Assembly: GCA_010093605.1 (NCBI GenBank)
Contig: MU004186.1
Span: 1,902,616-1,966,615, forward strand
Direction of reading: 5' to 3'
DNA length: 64,000 nt
Origin: Lophium mytilinum
Lineage: Eukaryota
A program made the translations under genes and the position numbers. The notes beneath the pieces were generated by a model. The model worked only from the letters and a program-made list of their open reading frames with translations, was not told the DNA's origin and did no database searches. This document shows, piece by piece, positions 42,212 through 53,838 of the stretch. How positions within the stretch are numbered: position 1 is the stretch's first letter; every line of letters begins with the position of its first letter.

Positions 42212-45200
42212 TCAGTAGATCCCTTGCGTACGATACTGGAACGTGTCGTACCTGCATTTTCCTTGTCAGCTGAGCCAATACCACAGCGCACCGATAGATA
42301 AGGGGGAGGGTAAAACTTACAGCCTCGTATAATAACTCCCCACACTCTTCGCCACCAACTCATCCACGAACCCTTCAGCCTCCTCCTTACTAAGATGCAG
42401 CATCATCCGCGCCCTCAACGCATTACTCGCCTGCGCCACACCCGCCGCAAAACACGGCATCTTGCTCTGCCTCCCCATCATATCAACCAGCATGACCAGC
42501 CTCTCCGCATCTTTCCGCAGCGCTTGAAACGCGCGCTTGCACAGCGTCTTGAAATCCTCAAACGCAGGCGCCCCCACGCCGCCTAGCACGTCGACGTACT
42601 CCTGCGTGAGCTTGAAGGGCGCGGCTTCGAAACCCATGCTGCCCGGCGAGTTCGACAGCATGAAGCCGAAGTCGATGTGGATGATGTGGCCGACGTTGTC
42701 GATGAGGATGTTGCCGTTGTGGCGGTCTTTGAGCTGCAGGACGTAGCAGATCATGCTGTAGGCGGCGAGGGAGCGAGCGAAGGCGTCCACACCGGCGGCG
42801 TAGCCTTCGCTTTCGACGTCGCCAAAGGTCTTGGCGAAATGGTCGCGGAGGGTGGCGATGCGCTTTCGGGGGTTGGTGCCTGCGGCGATGCTGGCGAGGG
42901 TTAAGCTGCGTTTCAGGGAGTGGAGGGAAACGCCGTTGGTGATGGTCTCGATGAGGCCAGAAGATTCGCCCGTAACGAGAATGCGCATGCGTTTGACCCA
43001 GACAGGGATCTTGGAGTCTTGCCAGATCTTGGAGCAGACTTGGATGAGTTGGCATGCGAATGCTTCTTGCCGCAAATCGGCGCCCGTCTTGACAATGACA
43101 CTGATGAGATCCCAATTCTTCATCCAGCCGTATGGTGATGACCTTCTTATCCGCTCTTTCTTGGCTGACCATTCTTCACCAAAGGTCGCTGCACTTGGGT
43201 CGTCGCGGTCACCCTTTCTTTGCATGCCTCCTGTCTTGAGATCGTTCTCCATTCGTGCGGCACCAGCTCCAGAGCTCGATCCTGGGTCGGGCGCTGCCTC
43301 CATACCATCCTCGAGCTCTTCAGGTTCAGCCGTAACAGCCGTGGGACTTGCGCTAGCCATGATGCTGTCAAACGTCGGAGTGCTTGAATCATCTACGTAA
43401 AAGTTCTGCTCCTCAAGACTTTGCATGCTAGCAATGATCTTAGCTTTGATAGCAGCAACTTCTGTCTTTGGTCTTTTGGAGCCACTGGACTCGAGTTGAG
43501 CTAACATCTGGGCTGCTGTTCGCATGTGTGTCGCTAACGCCGAAAAGTCCGGCTGGTCAGCGCCTTGGGCTCTGTTGGTCATGCCGAGTGTCATCTTGCG
43601 AAGTCCTTGAGGGCCTGGGCTGTTTGTTCTGCTCATGTCCATGTCCGAGGTCCTGGGGGTAGATATAGTAGCCATTGAGGACATGGTGTTTGCTCCACTA
43701 GACGACCTGGGGGCAGGTATTTTATTGACGAGGCTGCTGCTAGCCATCGCGACTCTAGATAGCCCCAGAGATATTTCTTCTTCAGCGGGGTCTTTGATGA
43801 GTTCAGTGCTACCAAGATCTCCTGTAGCAGGTTCGAAGACACTGTCTGCCCCTGGTGCGGGCGATTTTTCTTGCAGCGTATATCGTGAAGCATCTGTGAG
43901 ATCAAACAGCCGGCGCTTCGTCGTTCCCTTCTCAAGCATAAGCTTGCCGAGGAGTTGCTGATTTGATTCAGTTTCTGGGTCGAAGTCGAAATCTTCTCGA
44001 AGCACCTCAACCATCAACAAGTAGGGGACTCGCTCAGCGCTGTTCAAACTTGTGGCCTCAGCTGGATTCAAGCGAACTATCCGGTGGTGCCGGCTTCGTG
44101 CCGCGGCCCCATCCTCCAGGACTGCAGGACATATCACAGGTATATCGACTTCGGCGGGTAAATCTTGCGCAATGAGGGCCAACTCTGCTCTCAACGCACT
44201 CAGACGTGCAGGCTTTGGTACAACGACCAAACGATTCGAAATGTCCTCCAGAGCACTGAGAAACTGAGTCTCGCTGCGGAAGTAGTTCGATCTCAAAAGC
44301 CGCACCTTCTGAGCTCGCGGTAAAGCTGTGGGAGTAAGAGGCCGAGCAATATGCGAGTGTCGTCTATGTACGAGGTCTGGTCTTGGGACTAGTCCAGCTG
44401 TGGCAGGAGGTGTTGGGATAGGAGAAACCCCCGGACTCCTGAAATCTGGGAGCGAGGAAGAGCTTAGTCGGGCCTCGTTCGTCATTGTGGTGAGCAGTGA
44501 CGGCCTGTGTTGTGAAGATGCTGGTCTACTAGCGGTCCTTGTGGCCTTTCGTCTCAAATCTTTGGGAGACAAGGGTTCCTTCAATCGAGGTAGCGGAGAC
44601 TTCGCTGGCTTTTGGTCTTCTGGATCCGAATGTCCTGGTTGGACTCTCTGTCTCCTTGGCCTCGGTGAGCCAGCAACCGTATGACTCCTTCCAAGCTTCT
44701 GTGTCTGCACATTGTCCGATATTATATCCTCCACGGGCCTTGGCTTGCGGGCCTGAGCTAGTGCAAGCGGTCCGGCATGTCGAGGTAGCCAAGGTGCGGC
44801 GACGCTCGTGAGCACCAAGCTCGACAATAGCGTGACAGGCAGAACATTCTCCTTGATTTTCTCCCTTCGTTGCGGCTCTGCGGATCCAAAGACAATCCGC
44901 TGCACCTTATTATATAGCCTTCTACAAGTCTTGAACGAATTCGAATTCGGATCGCCGGAGAGGTCATGTAGGTACGTTTGGAAGAGCCAGAAAGTCTTGC
45001 AACAAAGGATTAGCAAGCATTGATCTAAAGACGGTGTGGATTTTGGAGGCGTTTCGACAACATACAAGCAGTGCACTGTTCACAGACTCCTCGCATAGGT
45101 CTATTATAAATTCCTCCAAGGCCATGGACTCATTCTCGACGCTAATAAGGAGGTGGCATAGTCTTCGACATGTGAGCATTGGCCGCCTGGCTTCGAAAAC

Positions 45201-45469
45201 GGAACATACTGCGGAAGGAAGAACTCAATCTCCTCGTATGCAAACTGGCGGAGCTTCGAACAAAGCACGTAGTGAATGCCGACATGATCTGCGTATCGTC
45301 TGCATGCAAGGTGCTGTCAGCATACATTTTTGTGTGGCAGTGCCTGGGGTTTCATGGTCGGCGGTGGACCAGGTGTCTTCTTGACTTACGAGAGGTACGC
45401 TACAGAGAGCGAAGGATCATTATTAAAGTGATCCGACTCTATGAAGCGCTCTAGCAGGTTCCAACTCAT
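42212..45469 (-). CDS. PIK1: Phosphatidylinositol 4-kinase Pik1 (PI4KB type)
   Basis: Start MSWNLLERFIESDHFN; LNSAERVPYLLMVEVL, VKTGADLRQEAFACQLI, LQLKDRHNGNILID, HIDFGF; last exon YDTFQYRTQGIY*. Confidence 0.95.
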
Positions 45470-46035
45470 CTGGAACGGATCATTGGGAAAGATTGGAGGG
45501 AAGAGGACGGGCGCATTGTGGTATCGAATGCAGAACGAGGGCCGGAGAATGCGCGGAGCTTGGCGGTCAGGGCGGCTCGAAGACTCGGGGCGGGATTATG
45601 GTGCAGCACAATACCTCTTTCACCGGAACACACAAAGCACAGTTTCGCTTCAAGTAGGCTTGGCACTAATCTAGATACAAGTGCCAAACTCATCTATTCT
45701 GTAGCACGATATCTCCAGAGCACTACTACAATTTTCCCCAATCTAATAATAGACCGCATCAAGTACGGGAATAAAGAGCACGATATTGACCGTCGCAGTA
45801 GAGACGCACCGCATATAAAGTGACTCTAGAGAACACGTATATCTATAAAATCTTCAGCTTGACGACCATAGAAAGAAGTCGATTTCAAGAGGGGCTTCCA
45901 TGGTTAGTTAAGAAATCTACTGTCACGTGATATCTGGTTTCCATTAATCAGAACGGAGACCCTGATAATATTCTAGATAATGCGATATCTACAAACCTCC
46001 TGGACCCACTTCTGCACCACTAAGCAGCCACCAAA

Positions 46036-47008
46036 CTACTTGTTGTTCGTAGTCGCCGCGTTGTAATAATGAATCGTCTCGTCCGCACACCCACTCGGCG
46101 TGTTATAGAGATACGCACCCAGATTGATGTACAAATGCTGCGACTCACACACGTACCAAGCGATCAAGTTCGGACGGTCGATGCCTGCCACCTGCCAGGT
46201 GAGACCGTCGCCCGACCAGCCGAACGTGCCGTACGTGTTCTTCTCCGTAGAGAAGGTGACAGAGACGGATTCTACGGGGATTCGGAAGAGTCAGGATCTC
46301 GTATAATTGAATAGATGCTAGTACAGAACGTACGATTATTGTTGTAAGTCTCCTCACTAACTACAGCGTACAAATACTCCGCTGTGGCTCCTGGTGCGCT
46401 GATGAGCTGCACTAACTGATCATCCACAACTTGGAACTGGCCTGCGGTAGTGTAGTCGCCCATGACAGCTTGGCTTGCCGAGTATAATGGGTCGGATTGG
46501 AGATACTTGTGGAAGTTGGGAGCCTCTACTGCGCGAATCCAATAGTAGCCGCTCTGAAGAGTGGTGCCTGGACCCGTGCCAGAAGCACCTCCTCCACCAG
46601 TGGTTGGAGTGGCGCTAATCATAGTGGAAGCCGAGGACGTCTGAAGAGTTGTGGGAGCGGCGGAGGTTGCGACGTTTCCAGCGCCCGGTTGACATTGGTA
46701 GTAGTCTTGATGGTTGTTGATTAGTGAAGGAAGGAGAGTCGGTTGCTATGCATACAATCGCTATCTTTAGTCAGTATCTAGGCTTTCTTTGAGTTCGAGC
46801 ATTTACGAACTTTACAACCACACATCCATAACCTGAGACACACGTCGTTGCGGACCCTGAATACGTTTTCCCACCGCCTAAAAAGTCAGCTCAGACCAAG
46901 CAAGCCCTGGCAATATCGCGTACATTGCCCGTACGCCGCCACCGAGTCGGCTAATGCCACATTTGCAAGTAAGGCTATAGAGGCTGCAAAGAGAATAGAG
47001 TGAAACAT
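46036..47008 (-). CDS. Secreted protein: signal peptide, CBM1 cellulose-binding module, Thr/Gly linker, uncharacterised C-terminal domain
   Basis: Spliced MFHSILFAASIALLANVALADSVAAYGQCGGKTYSGSATTCVSGYGCVVVNDYYYQCQP (CBM1 consensus; requires a 5-nt exon at 46756-46760), then SGYYWIRAVEAPNFHKYLQ...HYYNAATTNNK*. Confidence 0.88.
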
Positions 47009-47947
47009 TGAGGCAAGTGGTACAAGAAAAAGACGAAGGTCGTGGGGAGCAAAAAATAAGCGTAGAGTAGGCCAGTATGGACTCGGCAGACATAGTAGTT
47101 ATATAGCATTGCCAGTATGGAATATTTCATACATCCAATGTGACCTGGAATGGTGATCAAGGACCGGCTAGTGGTGTAGCATGCCCGTCGGTCCGCCTGC
47201 CGGGTTGCAGAGTTATTAATTAATCGCAGGAACGACAAGCGAGGGCAAAAAAGACCGTAAAAGTGCGAACCGAGACCATAGGTGATTCCTTTCAACAAAA
47301 GTGGATTGCAATTAGCAAACGTTGAAAATGTCGTTGTATATCTTGATTGTAAGTGATATGAAAAGCTGTATAGAAGGGTGATGTTGTTCACCGCGAAGGA
47401 GGGCTCGTGCTGAGTTAATTGAACGGGAACCGATGCGACTACTCGGTAGAGACGTTTGCATGTCGCGTATACGATTGATTCAACCTGCCATGAGGTCGTC
47501 TCAAGAGTGGAAAGGATTGCACATCTCTATATCTAGGCCCTTGGGAGAGATGAACTGAGGGAGAATTGGGCGGTGGGCCACATTGAACAACTAATTATAT
47601 ATCAGCCGTTCAAATCCGCGCACATGGCGAGGTCCCTCTGTATGAACAGCAATTGAATTCTATTCAAAGTACAAAGGCGTCCGCCGTTAACTCACAAATG
47701 ACCGTCCGTGGCGGATTTTCATCAGCAGAAGAGGCCTTGAGAAAACCACCTCTCCGCAAAGATAAACACTGCTTCATTTGATGCCGGGGTAGTTCGGTAA
47801 GAAGGTTCAGGCATGAGGAGTCGTTAAGCAAAGTTCCAAACGATAGAGTCAAAACACAGGTGACCCAAGCGAGTGCTTCGACTAGGTCCGGTGTTGTTAT
47901 TAAGCTGCTGTCCCTCGTCGATAGATGCCATCAGGAGGAAACCCATC

Positions 47948-49060
47948 TCATAAATTTAGTCTAGGATAGGTAACTTCCTCCTTTGGGGCGTCCTCTTCCT
48001 TGGGGGCGCTGTGGTGGTGGGGTGGAGTGTGATAAGGCTGTGGTGCTGATCCAGGGGGGTTGAGTTCAGGTGAAGTGAAATTAGGCGGTGGCGTTTGGAA
48101 CCAGGTCTCGTTCAACTTATCCACTTCCTCTTCTCCATTGGCAATAACCATCTGTAGCAGCTGGGCTCTTTGATGTTGGCCCTCGCAAACGCTCCTTTCT
48201 AATCCGGTCTTGTGTTCATGATAATCACACCAATTTTCCCATGGTGCCACCTTCTCATGAGAAAATCGAGAAGGAAGCCTTGCAGAAATGGTCTTGATGA
48301 TTTCCTCTAGAAAGTCGCGAGGAAAACTAGACAAGGAAGTCCCGTAGACCGTGAAATTATACTCGTATGCAAACCACGAGGTAATGTGCTTCAGGAGAAG
48401 GCTCTGTTCATGCAGTCTGTCGTATGCCTTGAGAACCATTGAGTCGTCCGGCACCCATTTTGCTAGAGACATGCTCAACGCGCAAGCTTGCCATGCCTTC
48501 ATGATACACTGCCGTAATTCAGGCACATCGTACTTCTCCGCAAAGGAATAGTCATCGATAGCGCCGTGTATCCACTTATCAAGCATGTCTAAGTCGCCGT
48601 CGTAAGAAGTGGATGAATCTAATCGCGGGGCCGGGGAGTCCATTTTTGCTGGGGTGTTGACCTCTTTGTGCTCGTTTTCTTGATTTTCCCCTTTCTCATC
48701 GTCCTCGTTGCTCTCGGCCAGTGGAGCTGGAGCAGGCTCATAATCCCCGGTGTACAGCCAGATCAATACTCGCTTGAAAGTATCCGGAGGGGTATCCTTC
48801 AACACCATTCCTCCTTTGTATACTGTGGGGCTGAATGCTGACTTGAGTGCTTTGTTGAAGTACTCGATGTGCAGGCATAATATCTCCAAGTGGACACAAA
48901 AGGGAGTTGCATCGGGACCGGCTTTTATCAAGGTCGTACGGGTATCGGAGAAGTCGCTAATTAGCTTATTAGCTATGAGAAAACGGGCGTGACGCTTGAT
49001 CACAGCTCACAAGAGCTGCGAACGCCTTTTCTTCGAAGCCGGTGGTAGTGTTGACGCCAT
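47948..49060 (-). CDS. BTB/POZ domain protein
   Basis: PFCVHLEILCLHIEYFNKALKSAF, LKDTPPDTFKRVLIWLYTG, FAEKYDVPEL, and CDYHEH; short first exon MASTLPPASKKRRSQLL with a GTGAGC donor. Confidence 0.85.
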
Positions 49061-50107
49061 CGTCAAATTTGGCATTGGGTGTACAGTAAATCCTTCAAAC
49101 CCCCAGAATACTGATTTAATGATGGAAAGGCGCAGGCCGACTGTGAGATCGAAGCTGAGGCTCTTATGTAGAAGTGTTGATATGGACAGGCGAAGCACGA
49201 CAGTTTTGGCTCTGTCTGTGCACGTCCCTTCGCCAACTTGACATGCTACTTCTATTTATGGCTCCATGTCCAACAACGTCTAGGGTTGCCAAAATTATGT
49301 CAGAACCGTCGCTTTACTAACTTCCAATAAAGGAGCAGAAGGAATCTTACAGTGTTAGGCAAATGTACCTCGATATAGAACTTCCAGTGCACGTTTTGCC
49401 GCACTGCCACTTCTTCAATAATATGTTCCGGGCAGCCTGCCAAGTTCCCCATCTCCTGTCAACAGTTACGGAGCTGGATGCAGGACACCCCTCGGATGCA
49501 TCGCCATACTGACCTTTGGGGCGCGGGTCTCCTCAGAGCAGTTCACTGATACACGTTGACGCATCAACGCATCGTACTTTCTAACACACTCTTCTAAAAC
49601 TTGACATCGCAGTAGGGTGTTGTAATCTGCCTGCTATGCTGACTGAGATTCCTTCAGCAATTCCAGAGCGTTCAGTTGTAAGTACAGTCAGCGCAATTGC
49701 ACTCGAGAACCGAGCGATCAGTTCAAGTGAATTCAGCCGCAAAACAAGTTACCTACAACTGTCAAGGCGTTTTGCAAGATACGATGTCACAATCTCGCCT
49801 TCCACGAGGGAATGGCCGCTCCCGGAATTCCGCGTTCTTACTCTGAACAACCGTTGTGTTGGTACGTCCGTACCGCGCGCGGAACTTCACAGGACTCACA
49901 GCAAGGGAGACTAAATTAAGACATTCCAACACGCTTCCCTCACTCAGCCTCTTAGCATTCTCCCTTTCTAGAGTTCCTTTCCTGGTACATCGGTCTTTCA
50001 TTCATACTATTAAACACTCTCATCCCTCCAATATATTTCCATACTCTTCCGCAACATTCACCTTGGCTTTCCAGGCATAGTATATTGACGGCTCGCCTTC
50101 ACATACG

Positions 50108-51256
50108 ATGGCCTGCGCCCCCATGCAGAGATGGATTGCAGCTCTGCTCATCCTCGGCATCGTCCTCCTCCTGAGTTTTCAGTTCCACAACACAGATAGA
50201 ATCCACCAACTCGCAGACTCCATGCACCTCCCCGGCGGCCGCAAGTTCGCCTTCGCGACTTTCCTCGCCCCAAGACATCCCGGCGAACCCGAGCGGGAGC
50301 TTGAAGACACCGACACGGACTCTTACTTCGAGAGCGCACGCGTGATGGCCTACCGGCTCCTGCATTCCCCAAGCGCAAGAAGCAGCGCCAAGATCGACTT
50401 CATAGCGCTCGTGACGAGCGAAGTCACTCAGGCCAAGAAAGACAGGTTAGCGAGAGACGGCGCGACGGTCGTTGTAGTCGACCGGCTGGTATCTGAGTGG
50501 ATCACGCCAAAGGAGGGCCGCTGGCAAGACGTCCTGAGCAAGCTGCGACTGTGGACGATGACACAGTACGACAAGATCGCCTTCATCGACGCCGACCACC
50601 TCATCACGCAGCCGCTCGACGGCGTCTTCGACGACCCCGCCGTGGCGATCCAGTACACTGCGGTTAATGCGTCTGTTATGGACGCAGCGCCGCTTCCAGA
50701 CACGTACGTTTTCGCGGCTAGACCTGAGGTCGGGAACTACGGCCATGATAATCCGCCGAATGAGGGCGACTATCTCAACTCCGGGTTCTTCGTATTGAAG
50801 CCCGACATGCAGATGTTTGAGTACTTTGAAGAGCTCATGCTTCCTAAACATGAAGGGCTTTTTAGGACGGTGTTCCCGGAGCAGGATATGTTGAACTACG
50901 TGTTTCGACGCGAGGGGAAGATGCCGTGGGGCTCGGTACGTATTCTCTCCCAGCAATTCCATCAGAGTGCCAGTCGTTGGATTGGCGCTTGAAACACAGA
51001 AATGAGGCATACGCGGGGCCTCTGTTGCACCCCTCAAGTTTTTCTTTCTTCGAGAATATCCGCTAACTGTACCCGTCTTTAGCTATGGCAAGGCTGGAAT
51101 AGGAACTTCCCCAACGAAGACGACTTCCGCTACGGCGTGCACAGCTACCACGACAAGTTCTGGGACGCCGGGAGCGATCACGTCTTGAGTACAATATGGC
51201 ACAGCCAAAGAAAGGAAATGGAAGATTACTGGGCAAACAATGAGAAGAAGGCGTGA
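50108..51256 (+). CDS. Glycosyltransferase family 8, type II membrane protein
   Basis: N-terminal anchor; SKLRLWTMTQYDKIAFIDAD (DXD), YLNSGFFV, PEQDMLNY; intron about 50936-51082, then WNRNFPNEDD...HDKFW to TGA at 51256. Confidence 0.9.
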
Positions 51257-53838
51257 TTGAGGTTAGTCCCGGTAGCGGGAACGATGCTCCTGACGTCGAG
51301 CTCTCCGCCCAATCCGACAGCCCGGGTCCTTGAGGTCGCTTTCTCGTTGGCACAAGCGTTAGTTATGTCTTGGTGCTCGGTGCAGCGGACAGTCGATTCG
51401 CTTAAGCAGCTATAGAGTTCGAGGCGTTGCACTAGGGACGCGAACGCTCTGGGGCATCCTGCAGGACGGTAGACTCGGATTCACCAACGCGAGGTAGATA
51501 GTATTGGGGTCCCTGGACCTTAGGGTCATCCATGGAAACCAGTCTGCCGGATCATCCGGATCGTTGTGTCGGGTTTTAGGGCTGAACATGTGAAAAGCAT
51601 GACATTGCAGCATTCACTGGAATCTTGGGACGGGATCTTTTTCTGAAGATTGGAAGCGACGAAAGCTAACGTATGTATCCAGTTGCGAAATATATTACTT
51701 ACATTCATCTATCGAACTTAAATCAGCGCTTGCACCATCAAACTGACATCCACGAACGCAGAGAGCTGAAAGCAATAGTGCCTACGGTCCAATATCGTCA
51801 CCCACTGTGCTCGGCTGCACTGTGGCTGTTCTAGAAAGGGAGTCGGAGCGAAGCTAGGCCTCGAGGCGGATAGCAAACCTCCCAGCACACGGGAAGGAAG
51901 GGGCAAAAGCGAGACATGGGCAAGGGGCGATGAGACACGGTGTCAAAGGAACAAGCGAAACCTTGCTTGCTGGTGTGCTGGTGTTTTACATTCCTGAGGA
52001 GCGACCGGCAGACTGCTTGCGCAATCCTCAGAGCTAGGGCTGCTATCAGATGCGACTATCCCTTGGACGGTCTGACAGCCAGGCACGCCCGCCCTCGTGC
52101 TTCATCGGACACGACGATCTTCCGCGGCTGCGCAGATCGCTGCCGACGGCTCTCCTCACGATGTTCGCAGAAAAGCTGCGACTTGCGCGTCGAGGGCAGG
52201 TGCGCTGAGCAGGCGGGAGCAAAGTTCTCACGCCGTGGGCACGGGATGACTCGTGACGCAAAGTCAGGTCCAGGGGAACGCTCCGTTTGGTGGTTAGTGG
52301 CGGGAAGTCCCTATTACGCACCCACAGTTTGACCAGAGGCCGAAGCGCGTTCGGCCGGCGCTCGCGGCAGGCGGGAAGGCGGTTGACTCGCAGAAAAGGA
52401 GGGCTCCAATCTCGGCGCGATGATTGATGGTTGCATGGTGGTCGGCGTCGTGTGTGGGCTTCTCGAAGGGTGATGGAAGGCGTGAAAGCTGCAGGGCGAG
52501 CCAATCTCGGGCCAGCTGCCGGCATAGACGGCGGGAAAAGGCGTGTGACTGCGGAGGGTTGGCGTCGAGAAGAATGCACGCTGACGTGCGGTTTGGGTGC
52601 GGCTATGCGGGCTAGTTGTATGAGGAGGCAACGAGGAGGCATCGTGGGCTGCCCCATTGGATCGCTGATAGCATCATGGCACGGCGCGAGTCGTCGCATG
52701 GCCGCCACGTGCAGCCGCAAACGGCGCATTGCGTTGCTGCTGAGGGCCGGCGCTGAGTGGCTCGCAGCAGAGGGACCGAAGTCAAAAAGTCAGAGGGTCG
52801 GCCCCTGCTCACGGATGGCGAACGAACACGATCGGCCCGTGAGGTGTCGTGGAGGATGGGCCCGCGGGCTGACTCGCCGCCTCCACCTGGCCGCATATGC
52901 AGTGCAGAGAGACGAGGCGAAGTGGCGACGATCGCTGGACAGACGGCGACAAGCAGAGGCACAAGCAGAGGCACCGGAAGAGGACGGGGAAGAGGACGAG
53001 GAAGAAGCAGAAGATGAGGCATTCGCAAGACGGTCGCGATAGACAGTGGATTCAGCGGGACAGCGCCCGAAGCATCATGGCGCCCCACAATGCTCCAAAC
53101 GAGACGCCTGACCCCGAGGGGACGTCCTGAGGCTGTGGTCGCACAAGGAACACCATGCCGTGACTCGCAATGCTCCCTGCCACCACCACGAGCCATGCCC
53201 GAATCGACGGCCGCACCCCGACTGCCCGGCCGCGAAACCTTCAGTTCCCCTGGCCGCAAAACCGCCCTACTGCTACCCTCCGCAACCCTTCCATCCCATC
53301 CCTGGCCGGCTCTCCCGGGCCCCCGAGCGGTCTGTCCTTCTACCGCGGTGTCGACGTCGTGCCGTGGCGCTTCGGCAGCATGGGCTCAGCATGGGCGCTC
53401 ATCATCTCTCCCAGGGCATTCCCAGCTGTGTGCAGGCACGCTCTGCAGGCTTCCTCCACGCTCAAAGCCAAGGGCCGCACCATGCGCTGGGCAGATTCTG
53501 CATCCTTCCATCCATCCCTCCACCATCCTGACCACCCTGACCATCCCATACCTGCCCGGCGACCGAGCGCGCTTTTAGACCCTGCCTTCCCTGACCCGCT
53601 GTGAAGACTCCCTCCACCGCAATCCCCGCAGCGACTGACTATCAGACCCAACGCCGTCTCCTGTGCCCTGCGCCGTCTCTGCTCTGCGACCTCTGCACCC
53701 GCTTGCCGAACCGTGTCCAGGGCTCCCAGCACTCCTAGCACCCACTGCAATACGACCTCGTTCGCCACTCCAGGTTTCGATGCTGAAACACTGCTGAGAT
53801 CTTGCAAAAGCCTGCTGTTGCCGTTGCCATACCGTCCC

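Noticed and set aside
51940..53604. Many overlapping 100-227 aa ORFs, including one with an acidic tail (EEDGEEDEEEAEDE)
   Set aside because: GC-rich sequence open in several frames at once; the acidic tail comes from short GA-rich tandem repeats; probably the upstream region of the RING-PH-vWA gene.
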